In this document: positions 29,801 to 40,400 of the stretch, one piece after another | Layout of the letters: each line of letters starts with the position of its first letter | Numbering within the stretch: position 1 is the stretch's first letter | From: a virus | Taxonomy: Duplodnaviria > Caudoviricetes | Length of the DNA: 64,000 bases | IMG/VR virus record: IMGVR_UViG_3300034044_000048 | Location: 2,245 to 66,244 of that record | Reading direction: 5' to 3' (one strand) | The notes under the pieces: generated by a model | What the model saw: the letters and a program-made list of their open reading frames with translations, nothing else | Told to the model about the DNA's origin: nothing | Database searches by the model: none | Program-made: the position numbers and the translations under genes

Positions 29801-31476
29801 TAGAAAATGATTTAAGAACTTTTTTAACAAAAACAGAATCTAATAAAATACTTAACACACTACATGAAAAGTATGGTGTTTTCATTTTAGAAGAAGATTT
29901 AAAAGATTTCTTAGATAACCATAAGATGCCTGCTGTTTTTATAGATGAAGAAACTTTAAAGCCTATAACTAAAAGAGATTCAAGATATAATGATATAATT
30001 AAAGAAGTCTTAGATTTTTTTGATAAAACCGGAAAAACAGAAGAAAAAGAAAAAGCAGAAAAAGAAATTGAAAAAAAGGTTAAACAAAAAGAAACAACTA
30101 TAGATACTCCATTAGAAGAATGGGATTCTGAATTAAAAAAACAATTACAAGAATTAATGGAAAAAGATAATAATGCAATAAAAAATTCAGATAAATTAGA
30201 TGAAGAAGTTAAAAAAGGACTTATAATCAATTCTCTTGAAGATTATTTAAATTTAAAATCAAAAAGAGCTAAAATTCAAAAGTTAATTAATGATTTTTAT
30301 GGAATACTTCCAGAAGAAGAAGTTGAAACATCTTCTGAAGAAGGTACAGGTACAGAAACAGGTACAGAAACAGGTACAGAAACAGATAAAAAAGAAGATG
30401 TAAAAAATAATAAACCAAATAAATCTTTAATTTCTGAAGGTCCTAACAACACAATAATGTTAAATTTAGATGATGAATTAATTAAAAAGATTACAAATAA
30501 TAAAGTTGAAATTTTTACATTAAATAGTAAAAAAGAAATAGATGAATTAGTAAAAATATTAAATAAATATGGTTATTTAAATAGTAAAGATATTAATGAT
30601 TTAGAAGGAGCTAAAGAACTTCATGTTCAATTAAAAGATTCTAAAGGTAAAATTATAGATGTTACTTTAATTTTTGCAGGTAAACTAAAATCATTAGCTT
30701 TTGGAAGTCCTCTTATAACATTATCTAAAGTTGGATATTCAAATAAAAAAACTAAACATTATAATGTACCGATAACATTATCAGATGAAGTTTATTTTGT
30801 AGATAGTGAATCAACTAAATCATGGTTAGAAGGGGAAGGAGAAAAAATAACATTTTATATAGCAGGTGCTCAAGAAGCTGTTCCTGAAATAGATACAGAA
30901 AAAGAATATAAAAAATGGAAAAAAGAAGTAGAAGATAAATTAAATAAAGTTAAAGACATTGAAGAACTTGAAGCTTTATTTAAAAGATTGGTTAAAACTA
31001 ATCTCCAAAGAAGTGAATTAAATTTAAAACAAATTAAAACAGAAGAATTAGATAAACTTTATAAAAAAGCTAAAAAGAAAATAATAAATAGTATTAAAAC
31101 ATCGGATTATACTGTTGGTACCCTTCATGAAATGAAAGGAAATTTAAAAAAGAAAGGTCCTTCAGTAATTAAAAAAATAACAAAAACAGAAATAATTTTA
31201 GAATCTGTAAAAGATAAAAAAGAATTTGTTGTATCTTTGGATCAAATCCCTTATAATATTGGTATGGAAATAACAGATATAAATGAAGAAGTTTCAGAAT
31301 CTCAAACTAAAGATGTTGAACTTACTGAAACGGAAAAAGAAGTTGTAAAAGATTCAAAAGAAAATCTTGAAAAATTTGAAGATGATCCTGAATCAATTAA
31401 AAAACTAATAGAAAAAGCTAAAAATATGTCAGAAGAAGAAGCTGAATCTAACATAATAGATGATTTGGATTGTTAA
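26845..31476 (+). CDS. Large ejection protein with Gly/Ala-rich hydrophobic segments; ends in Cys
   Basis: 1543 aa; hydrophobic YTIGLMAEIGLETLALAGLEAITAGGASGLVAG and GLNVFASGFFMGSVVGG segments; the only Cys seen is the last residue. Confidence 0.6.
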   Translation: MEKPNNNLPSNNLLNSENTPENPHKELVKQFNESVSSSFKNVLDKKSYYTKPKFGTTSEFGDYDTFTHLYDHSAFDKLGFNPYRDNESYYNENTDWYSDLGRTTSNWFELAKLPFQEVAGTYTPQQEAFYYGEAARRGSTSRGGTFGFVNDLYLNSGYTIGLMAEIGLETLALAGLEAITAGGASGLVAGRFAQKAFKLGKGLTKGLGTAEKGAATIQKGLSVAEKSKKLKNTLESINALKDANKAKSFWNAERAGGKILNTLNPLSGTTEIIKGLKNGDAALSGLPGLTKSAIAFYEDVRDLRLVHSESLLESGFAMNDTYDQLYKEYVDKYKKEPSKGDLEDMQKKALNAGSMAYYSNLGLIYATNAITFKSIFRKYGYKFGDDTFDFGVGKIKYNKGNLKKGKPVASYEANKSWRESIKSGFQKSKKLFKKETWTIPKLKSFTYSNAMSGLKTGLSYTKKNFSEGIQELGQEIIQDLSIQYYKDDYNRTIRGGYWNYLAKSSSKFLSGEGLNVFASGFFMGSVVGGVHGIQNKIVEKTPNIYKKVFKKEDYEKGILDKERKEKQIKKQVEIINKVVSDPIKFFNKIHDVVDLTNVSNELEKKGNEKRIKEYMDLKDEEDALSFLNIINSSQFDNILETLDEYKKFNLEDLKEHFGDSYTDEDLMDFRNDIDNKKDKIKKFKKVSDYINEEFENPFAVDFNLIEDEKEKEKAQIKFISFEKAKEEVIKKQYSLMRTLDRQKSLYDKIVSEYSPLSDKASSIDFEVLLDQETFDKEIQFITEEIKNLEETIKYESKNKDLKEELKYKKEKLESLKKIGDIIHQKNRISEILEEKAKELNKDLVGAIVRTKNGTVSKIVDKVFKRKGEPVYKLENGFHILQNEVEKVLKRNSEVIREDLEVDSFKEFQKAFNEYFNVIGLGNKSYEKNKLINKITQEILDYKVLTLDGKNLHEEVQFLLDPEGFSEQVDRTEKVFEYHWENRKEEIENDLRTFLTKTESNKILNTLHEKYGVFILEEDLKDFLDNHKMPAVFIDEETLKPITKRDSRYNDIIKEVLDFFDKTGKTEEKEKAEKEIEKKVKQKETTIDTPLEEWDSELKKQLQELMEKDNNAIKNSDKLDEEVKKGLIINSLEDYLNLKSKRAKIQKLINDFYGILPEEEVETSSEEGTGTETGTETGTETDKKEDVKNNKPNKSLISEGPNNTIMLNLDDELIKKITNNKVEIFTLNSKKEIDELVKILNKYGYLNSKDINDLEGAKELHVQLKDSKGKIIDVTLIFAGKLKSLAFGSPLITLSKVGYSNKKTKHYNVPITLSDEVYFVDSESTKSWLEGEGEKITFYIAGAQEAVPEIDTEKEYKKWKKEVEDKLNKVKDIEELEALFKRLVKTNLQRSELNLKQIKTEELDKLYKKAKKKIINSIKTSDYTVGTLHEMKGNLKKKGPSVIKKITKTEIILESVKDKKEFVVSLDQIPYNIGMEITDINEEVSESQTKDVELTETEKEVVKDSKENLEKFEDDPESIKKLIEKAKNMSEEEAESNIIDDLDC
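30349..30384 (+). repeat. 12-bp tandem repeat (ggtacagaaaca x3) encoding a GTET linker
   Basis: Seen directly in the sequence. Confidence 0.9.
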
Positions 31477-31493
31477 TAAAAAATATTATAAAA

Positions 31494-34400
31494 ATGAATT
31501 GTGCTTTAACACCTAAAAAATTAGAAAATTTATATATATATAATTTTAAAATATTATTAAAATATACAAATGATGATAAAAAAGAATTTAATTTAAAAGA
31601 ACATATAAAATCAATTTATGATTCAATATATAATAAATCAAAAGATAGTAATCTAGCTACTTTATATGCTCAGCAAGTTCCTAGAATGACAGTTTTAGCA
31701 ATATCAAATGATAGAGAGTTATCTAAAACTATTAGAAAAAAAGGATTAGATGTAGCTGAGTTATATGATTTTGACGATCGTTATGAAGATTTTGAAGAGG
31801 TTATTAAAGATCTTTCAAATGATTCAGATCAATCTGTTAAAGAAGAAGATGTAGAGTCTATTAGAGATGAGATTAAAGAAACTGCTAAACGAAAACAAAC
31901 TAATCCAAAACCAGAAGGTACTCCAGAAGATATTGAAAAAGAAGAGGATAAAAAAGAATCTAATAAAAAAGAAATAAAAAGAGATATATATAGTGCTAAA
32001 CCTTCTACAGCTTTGGCATTAACAGGGCAAGAAGAAAAATTCAATGAAGAAACAGGTTTATGGGAAGAAGATCCTGAAAAATCTTTTTATTATGATTTTT
32101 TAAGATTAATTTTTGATAAATCTAATGATGGGTATATTGATGCAGAAAATCTTAAAATAGGTAATCATAAAGGTTTTAAAATAAAGGTAATAAGTAAAAG
32201 TAAATTACCTATAGATAAAGCAATGCCTGATGAACAAGAACTATTTAAAAATGAGCCTTCTAGAATGCCTGATTATGAAAAAGGAATTGGTGCTTTTATT
32301 ACAGATTTAGAAGGTAATATTTTATATTTTGATAAAAATTATAATACCGTTTCAAAAGAAGAGGGTATGCCTATTTATTTTAATTTAAGAACTCCTATTA
32401 AAAATGAAGATGGTAGTTTTTATTTAATGAAGGCTAAAATACAAACACCTGAAGAAATATTAAACAATGAGTTAAGAAATGGAGGTTTTGATGTTGCAGA
32501 GTATAAAAAAGAATATCCAGAATTATATAAACAATCACTAAAAGAAATTTATAATGTACAACAAGAAGAATTAAAACAAATTTCAAAAATAAGAAATGCT
32601 TTAAATGAAGATAAAAATAAAGAGTTTTTATTAAAAATTAATGCTGTTTCAAGAGGTATGTTAAATTACAGCTATAACTCTTATGAAGATCCAAATAACA
32701 TTAATTGGGATAAATCCGATGTTTCTTTTAATCCTGTAAAAATTATTAATGATGGTGATGTTAGACCTGGAGAATTTAAAGGTGGTATTTTTTTAAGAAT
32801 ACCTGGTCAAAGATCAATTAGGTTACAATCAAAAAATATATCTGACAAAGATATAAACATAATTTTAGAATTATTATTTAATCCTGATTTAAAATTAAAT
32901 AATAAACCTTTAAGTTTTGATATGAGGAAACACCTATTAGAAACTTTAGTTTATACAAATAAAAACTCTTTTCAATTAATTAAATCATCTGATAAATTTA
33001 TAGTTAAAGTTGAAGGTAAGCTGATAGATATTACTTCAGAAAAAAGTTTATTAGAAGCAAAAGAAAAAGTAAAAGAAATATTAACTAAGCCTTATAGTAA
33101 AAATTCTTCTTTTAATACTATATATGGTATTTATAATTTTAAAACTAATGACAAAAACAATATAGATGAAGTAGTTTCTATAAAGGATAATAAAGTTGAA
33201 TTAAAAGAAGTTCCTTTTGATGTGTATGCTAAAAGTCATACTTTATTAAAAATTAATTTATCAAATAAATCTGAAAAAACATTAAAATATGCAAATAATT
33301 ATTTAATGTTTTCAGTTGAAGGAGAGATAGTTAAAGAAGAAGAAGAAAGAAAAGAAGAGGAAGGAAAAGAAGGAATTAAAAAATCTGATACATCACAAAA
33401 AAAGATAGCAAAAATAAAAAATCCTACAATTAAAAAGGAAAGAAAAAAAATAGTTAGAAGAAAAAGAGAAAAAATAACCAGAAAGAAAAAAGACCATTTA
33501 GAAGCAAATAAAAAGATTTTACTTAAAAATTCTAAAAAACAAATTGATAAAGCAAAAAAATGGTTTGATAATTCAGAGTTATCTAAATATATAAAATTAG
33601 AAGATCTAACTAGCATAATTAATTCTGAAGCTTGGGCTAAATTTAAAGATTCTGCAATAACTCTTTATAAAGGTTCTAATTACACATTACTTTATCATGA
33701 ATCTTGGCATGCTTTTTCTCAACAGTTTTTATCTAAAACTGAACAAATTACTTTATACAAAGCTTTTGAAAAAACAAGGTTAGGTAAAGATTTAATTGAA
33801 AGAAAAACAGAAGAAGAAGAAAGAGAATTAACAGAAGAAGAAAAATACTTAGTTTTAGAAGAGTATATAGCTGAAGATTTTAGAGAATTTATGATTTATG
33901 GCACTTCTGAGTTATATGATAATAAAAAAGTAAAATCAATTTTTAAAAGGATATTAAATTTTTTAAAATCAATATTTACAAAAGAAGGAAGATTTAAATT
34001 AAAAATAAAAAAATATTTTAATGATTTAAAAACAGGAAATTTTAAACAATATGATCAATCTCAATTAAATTATTATTTTACAGGTAAAGATTTACATGCT
34101 AGGTTTGAGCCTGTTGAAGGTGTAGAAGAAGATTATAACATATCTGAAGATGATACAATTAGATTAATTAAATCTACTGATTCATTATTATTAAGTTTAA
34201 TACATGAGGAAAATATTAAAGTAAAATCTTCAAAATTTTTAATGTCTGTTTTACAAAATCCTAAAAAGAACTTACCTTTCTTTATGGATAAAGTTTATGA
34301 TAAATTAATTGACAGATATAATGAATTAATAGAAGAATTAGAAACTATAGAAAATGATAATGAATATTTAATATTAGATGAAAAAGTAAATGCTTTAGAA

Positions 34401-37400
34401 ACTTTAATTTCTCATTTTGGATTAAATGAAGATAATATATTTGAATCAACAGGGTTTGTTAAATTATACTTAGAAAAATCTATTTTAAACACTTTAGAGG
34501 TTGATTTATCAAAAGAACAATCTTTTTTTGAAAAACAGTTATCAGATAAAGAGGAAAGTCTTTTAGAAAAATTAGATGTTTATACTAAATTTTTATTATC
34601 TATAAATAAAGAAAGAGATGAATATGGTAATTTAGTAAAAGATGAATTTGGAGTACCTAAACTTTTACCTTTTAATGATGCTTATGCATTAATTAAATCT
34701 TTAAGTTATCAAAATAATGATTCTCCTAAAACTATTATAAATAAATTAAAAGAAGAATTATCTAATAATAGAAATTATTGGGTAAAAGAATTAATTGATA
34801 ATTTAGGTGATCCTAATACAGGTGATACAGACTTATTTAGATTACAAAGTAAATTTTGGCAAGACTTTTTTTACTCAAAAACTCCATTAATTCAAACAAA
34901 TATAGATCTTAAAAATCAAAATTCAAATACTCAACAATCAAGAACAGTTGATGTAAAAGTAGGAGAAGCTTCAGCTGTTCATAGAAATTTAGCTAATGAT
35001 ATAACTAGTCATTTTAAAACTGTTAGAAGTAATAGATTTATTAAATTTGTAGAAGGTGTTGGTAATGTTTTAGATACCGATGCTATATTAAAAAAATATA
35101 ATGAAAAATATACAGCTTCAAATAATTATAATGAATTTTTTAAAGATATTGGTTTAAATTTAAGTTATAAACCTGATTTAAAAAATAAAGATTCAGATAT
35201 TTTAAGAGATGCTGCAGGTAGATTTATAACTTTAATTAGAGAAAAAAATAAAATAGGATACCAGATTACAGATATAATTAAAGATTTAAGAGAAAAAACT
35301 ATTTATTATGAAAAAGATGTAAAAAAAGTTTTAGAAGGAGAAAATACTTCTTTAAGAAATGTTTTAAATTTAGAATTAAAAAATTCTATTAAATATGCTA
35401 ATGTAGGATTATCAACTCCAGATGGTAATGTAAAATTTGAAGACCATCAGTTTAGCACTATTGATATTTTAATTAAAGATATTAATAATTTAAATCATTA
35501 TAGTGAAATTTATAAATACCCTCATTTAAGTGAGTTTTGGATTGAAAATAATGATTGGGTTAAAAATTCAGCAATTTTCCATTCCTTATTCATTTGGAAT
35601 GAAAGTTTGCAAACTTTTGAAGATAGAAATAAAAGTGTTAAACTTGAAAAAAAAGAAATATCAGGAACTCAAGTAATTGAAGATGATCATTCTAATTTAG
35701 ATTATAGTGCTAAAACATCAAATGTTGATGAAAGTACCAGAATATTACAAGATATTCATAATGGTCTTTTATTAGGAGCTTTTTCTAACATAACACCATC
35801 TGATAAAGGTACTATAATATCTGTAACAACTAATGTTGTAAGTAGTTATAAGAATGAAGACACAGCCTCAAAAACAAAAAGATTATATGTTGATTATCAA
35901 GGTTTTGGTAAATTAGTTGGTAAACATAATGCTGCAATAGTCAAAGCTGGTAATATAATGATTGGCTATTTAGATGCTGAATTAAAAAGAATAAATAAAG
36001 TTAAAAAACATCAAGAAACAGGTGAAGAATTACCAAATATATTAGGATATACTGTTCCTGATAGTAGAGGAAATATAAGAGGTTTAGAATTTGGTATATT
36101 AGATGATGTTTTAAATTTTAAAAAAGGATTAAAAGAAAAACTTTTAAAATTAGAAAATGCAGACAGTTTAAAATCATTTGAAAATTTAGAGTTGTATAAT
36201 GAATTTTTAGATGCTGTAAATGATTATTTTAATTGGTCTTATGAACAAACACTAGGTGCTATAGAACCTTCTTTATTTTTCATTACTAAAGAAATTTTAA
36301 ATACTGCTAAAAAACAACTTAAAGATTTAGGTTTTGAGAATAAAGATTTAACCTTAGAAGCTTTAAGAAGAGTAGCATTAAAAACTTATGTTGTTAATTC
36401 TTTTTTACATCATGCTGAAAATTTTATTTTTTCTTATGGAGATTTAGCTCAGTATAAAGATATATTTAAAAGAAATTATGCTTTCCAATCTCAAGGTAAT
36501 ATGCATAGAACAGATCAAGAAGCTGTTGATTTTGTAAATGGTGTATTAGGAAGACCTTTTGAAAAAAAATATAAAAAAGAAAAAGGAATTGATGAACCTA
36601 TTAGAAGATATGATAATAAATTAAATACTGTTGTTTTTGAAGAAGTTACTGTTCAATCTGAATTAATAGGTGTTAATGATGATGGTTCATATAAAGAATA
36701 TACAAAAGCTGTAATAGAAGATTTAATTGAAAGAGGATATTCAAAAGAATTAGCTATTGAGATTGAAAAGATTGTAAATAAAGCTTATTATTCAATGGAT
36801 GAAGGAGATGCTGGTGCTTGCCTTAATTTTGATACTTATAGAATATTAAGTTATTTAAATGATTCTTGGAGTGATAAGCAAGAAGAATTATATCAAAAAA
36901 TACTTAATAATCCTGAAGAAATTTTAACAACAGACATATTAGAATATTTTCCTCCAAGAAAGTTTCAATATTTTGGAGCTTTAGAAATGAGTAAATTTAA
37001 TGCTAAAGCTTTACATAAGTATTCTTTATTTCCATTAATACCAACTGTAATTAAAAATACTAATTTAGAAAGGTTATCTGAAATAATGTATGAACAAGGT
37101 ATTGATTATGCAACTTATGAATCAGGATCAAAAGTTAGTACTATTGTACCAAAAGGAAAAAAATCAGGAGAAACTCTTTATTCAGATTTAAAAAATAGAA
37201 TTTTAGAAAGTAGAGAAAATGGAGAACCTTTAGTTAAAAATGTTATATATACTCATTTTTTAAAAGATCAATTAAAAATAAATTCTAAATTTAAAAAGAA
37301 AACAATATTTTCTACACAATTAAGAACTTTAATAGAAGACTCATTAATTGAAAATGGTATTCCTGTTGATTTTGAAAAAGATTTACCTTTTTTTGATAGA

Positions 37401-40400
37401 AAAGAAAAATGGGAATCTTTAACTGAATTAGAAAAATTTAAAAAATCTTTTTTTTACTCAAAGTTTAGAAGATACGAAAATAAAATTTCTAAATATATTG
37501 AAGTTCAAAAAATATTATTAAAAAAAGAATTAGGACTTTATGATCAAAACTCAGATAAAACTAAATTGGTTTCTGTAATAAAAGAAGAGTTATCAAGAGA
37601 AGATTTAGCTGAACACGAATTAGATTTTATTAGAGTTGATGAAAATGGCAAATTAGATATTGATTTATCTTTTTCACCATCTGCAGCAAAAATAGAAAGA
37701 ACTTTAAATGCTATTGTTAATAACAGAATAGTTAAACAGAAAATGAAAGGGGAATCTTTAGTACAGGTTCCTACCACTTTGTTTGAACCAAGAAAAGCAA
37801 CACAAGCTGAAAAAAAGAAGTATGGTGCAACTAATGATATGAAAAGTTACACTAAAGATCCAAAAACAGGTAAAACAAATGCTGCAGAATTTAAAATAGC
37901 TTTACAAGGAGATTTTAAAAAACTTTTACATCTTAAACACAAAGATGGAAAAAAAATAATGGTATATAAGAAAAGAATTTATACAAAACCAGATGGTACA
38001 ACCAAATATATAAAAGAAGTTGATCAAAAAGAAAGTTTAAAAAGATTAAATGAAACTATTCAAGATGCTGAATGGAGAAGTAAAGAAGAAAATAAAAGAT
38101 TAATTTCAATGATTGGTGTTAGAATACCTGTACAAGGTTTAAATTCAATGGAACACATGATTGTTTGGGAATTTTTACCAGAAGAAGCTGGTAATATAAT
38201 TATCCCTCCATCAGAAATAGTTGCTAAATCAGGTGCCGATTTTGATGTTGATAAACTTACTGTTCTTTTTCCGGGATTAGAATTAATAAATGGTGAAGTT
38301 CATTTTATAGAAGATACTAATGATTCATCTAGTGCACAAGAATCATTAGACAAAGTAGAATCATTAAAGGAAAAAATAAAAGAATTAGAAAAACAAAAAA
38401 ATGATTTAAGAAAAAAATATTCTTTAGAATATTCAAAAATATCAAATTCTGAATTAACTGAAAAACAAAGGTTAGAGAGAAATGAAATATTGAAACCTTT
38501 TTATGATGAATCAGATGAATTAGAACCTTATGCTGACTTAATAGAATCGCAAATTGATAAATTAGAATCTATAAAAAATAAATCAAAAAAACAACAACAA
38601 AAGTTAGAAGAATTATATGAACAATATGATGATATAATGAATAAAATAGATGATTTATATGATAGATTTGAAAAAGCTAAAAAAGAAATAGGTAAAAAGT
38701 TTTTTGAAGAAAAGTTTAAAAAGTTTGAAGAAACAAGAGATGCTGAGTTAAATCCTGTTTTAAATGAACTTAAATCATTAAAATTAGAAACACTTTCTAA
38801 TAGCACAAGTGCAATTCAAAATTCAATATTAATTGAAATGAGAGATATATTGAGTTTAGAATATAATTTTTTAAATTTAATAAGACCTAATAGTACTGAT
38901 TTATTTACAAGTGGGGGAGGTATTGTAGATGAGATGTCTACATATAAAGATTCTTATTTTAAATCTACATCGCCAACAAGAGCTTTAGAACCAAAGAAAA
39001 ATGCAAATGTTCATGCAAGAAACTCTATTGGTAAAAGTACTTTAGGTATATCTGCTAATGCAAATGTCTTTAATACATTGTTAAATAGAATTGGTGCTGT
39101 ATTAAATCATTCTTATAGAACTAAAAAAGGTGAAAAAAGAAAAGTTTTTATAAAATTAAATCATAATAAAATAGGAAATAATATTTCATTAAGTAATATA
39201 TTTTCTAAAGATGGTGTTAGAATATCAGATATAATTAATCAATTAATGAATGGTTATGTTGATATTGCAAAAGAAGATTGGGTATTTGATATAAATGCAG
39301 GTCAAGAAGCTGCACCAACTTTATTATTTTTAATTATGGCAGGGGTTCCTTATAAAGAAGCTATTTATTTTTTATCAAATCCTTTAATTAAAGAATATAT
39401 AAAAGAAAGACAAAACTTAGCATCAAGTTTTAGTAAAGCTACTGGTTATTCAGCAGAATCTATTGTTTTTAATAAAAATAAAGCAAAATTTAACATTTTA
39501 TCAAAATTTGAAGAATTAGAATTTGTTTTAGACTATGATAAATCATCAGTTAAACAAGGAAAGTTATATAACTATACATATAATAAATTAAAAAAGGTAG
39601 ATACTTTTGATGTAGAAAGAATAGGAAAAATGTTTTTTGAAGAAGCTTTAGATGATGAAGAAGCTTTATTAGGGTTTTTACATTTTTTACAATTAGAAGA
39701 TATAGGTAAGCATTTAAACTATTTTAGAAAAGCTGTTAAGCTTGATACTGTTAAAAATACAACTTTATTTGATGCTATTAATAAAGAAAATGAAATCAAA
39801 AAATTAAGTGAAGTTGGTTTACTTGATGAAAGTTATATTAAAAAAGCCTTTGAAGAAACCCCAACTGGTAAATTTAGAGTTGGTCCATATCAACTTGAAT
39901 TATGGCAACCTTTATTTAAAATAAGAACACATCCAAGAGTTACAAGTTATTTAAGTGATGTTTATGACACTTATAAATTTAATAAAGATGTTAGAATGAC
40001 ATTTAACGATGAGGAAAAATACATAGAAGAATTTAAAAATGATTTAATAATTGCAATTTTTGAAAATAGTTTATTACCAAAATCAGAATCAATATTAAAT
40101 GAAGGTTCTTACAAAGGTGTAGAGATTATTAAAACAGATGAGGATTTATTAATAGAATTATTTGAAGAAGATGAGGAAATTAAGTTTAAAATAAATTTAG
40201 AAAAATTAAAAGAAGCTTATGATAAATCTTTATTTTCTGAAACTAAAAGTTCATTAGAAAATAGTTTTGATAAGTTAGGTTTAAACTCTTTACCTTTATA
40301 TACTTTTTCTGATGGGTACTTTGATTCTTTTTTTAATTATATGTTAGAGCTTACTTATTTAAGATATGATTTTCATATTGATTATTTAAAACATACAAGA

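Noticed and set aside
30349-30384. Tandem repeat as a CRISPR array or contingency locus
   Set aside because: In-frame 12-bp units without spacers that encode a simple GTET linker.
31470-31493. TTG start for the RNAP polyprotein
   Set aside because: The ATG at 31494 follows a typical A-rich leader and gives the M-x-C start shared with neighbouring genes.
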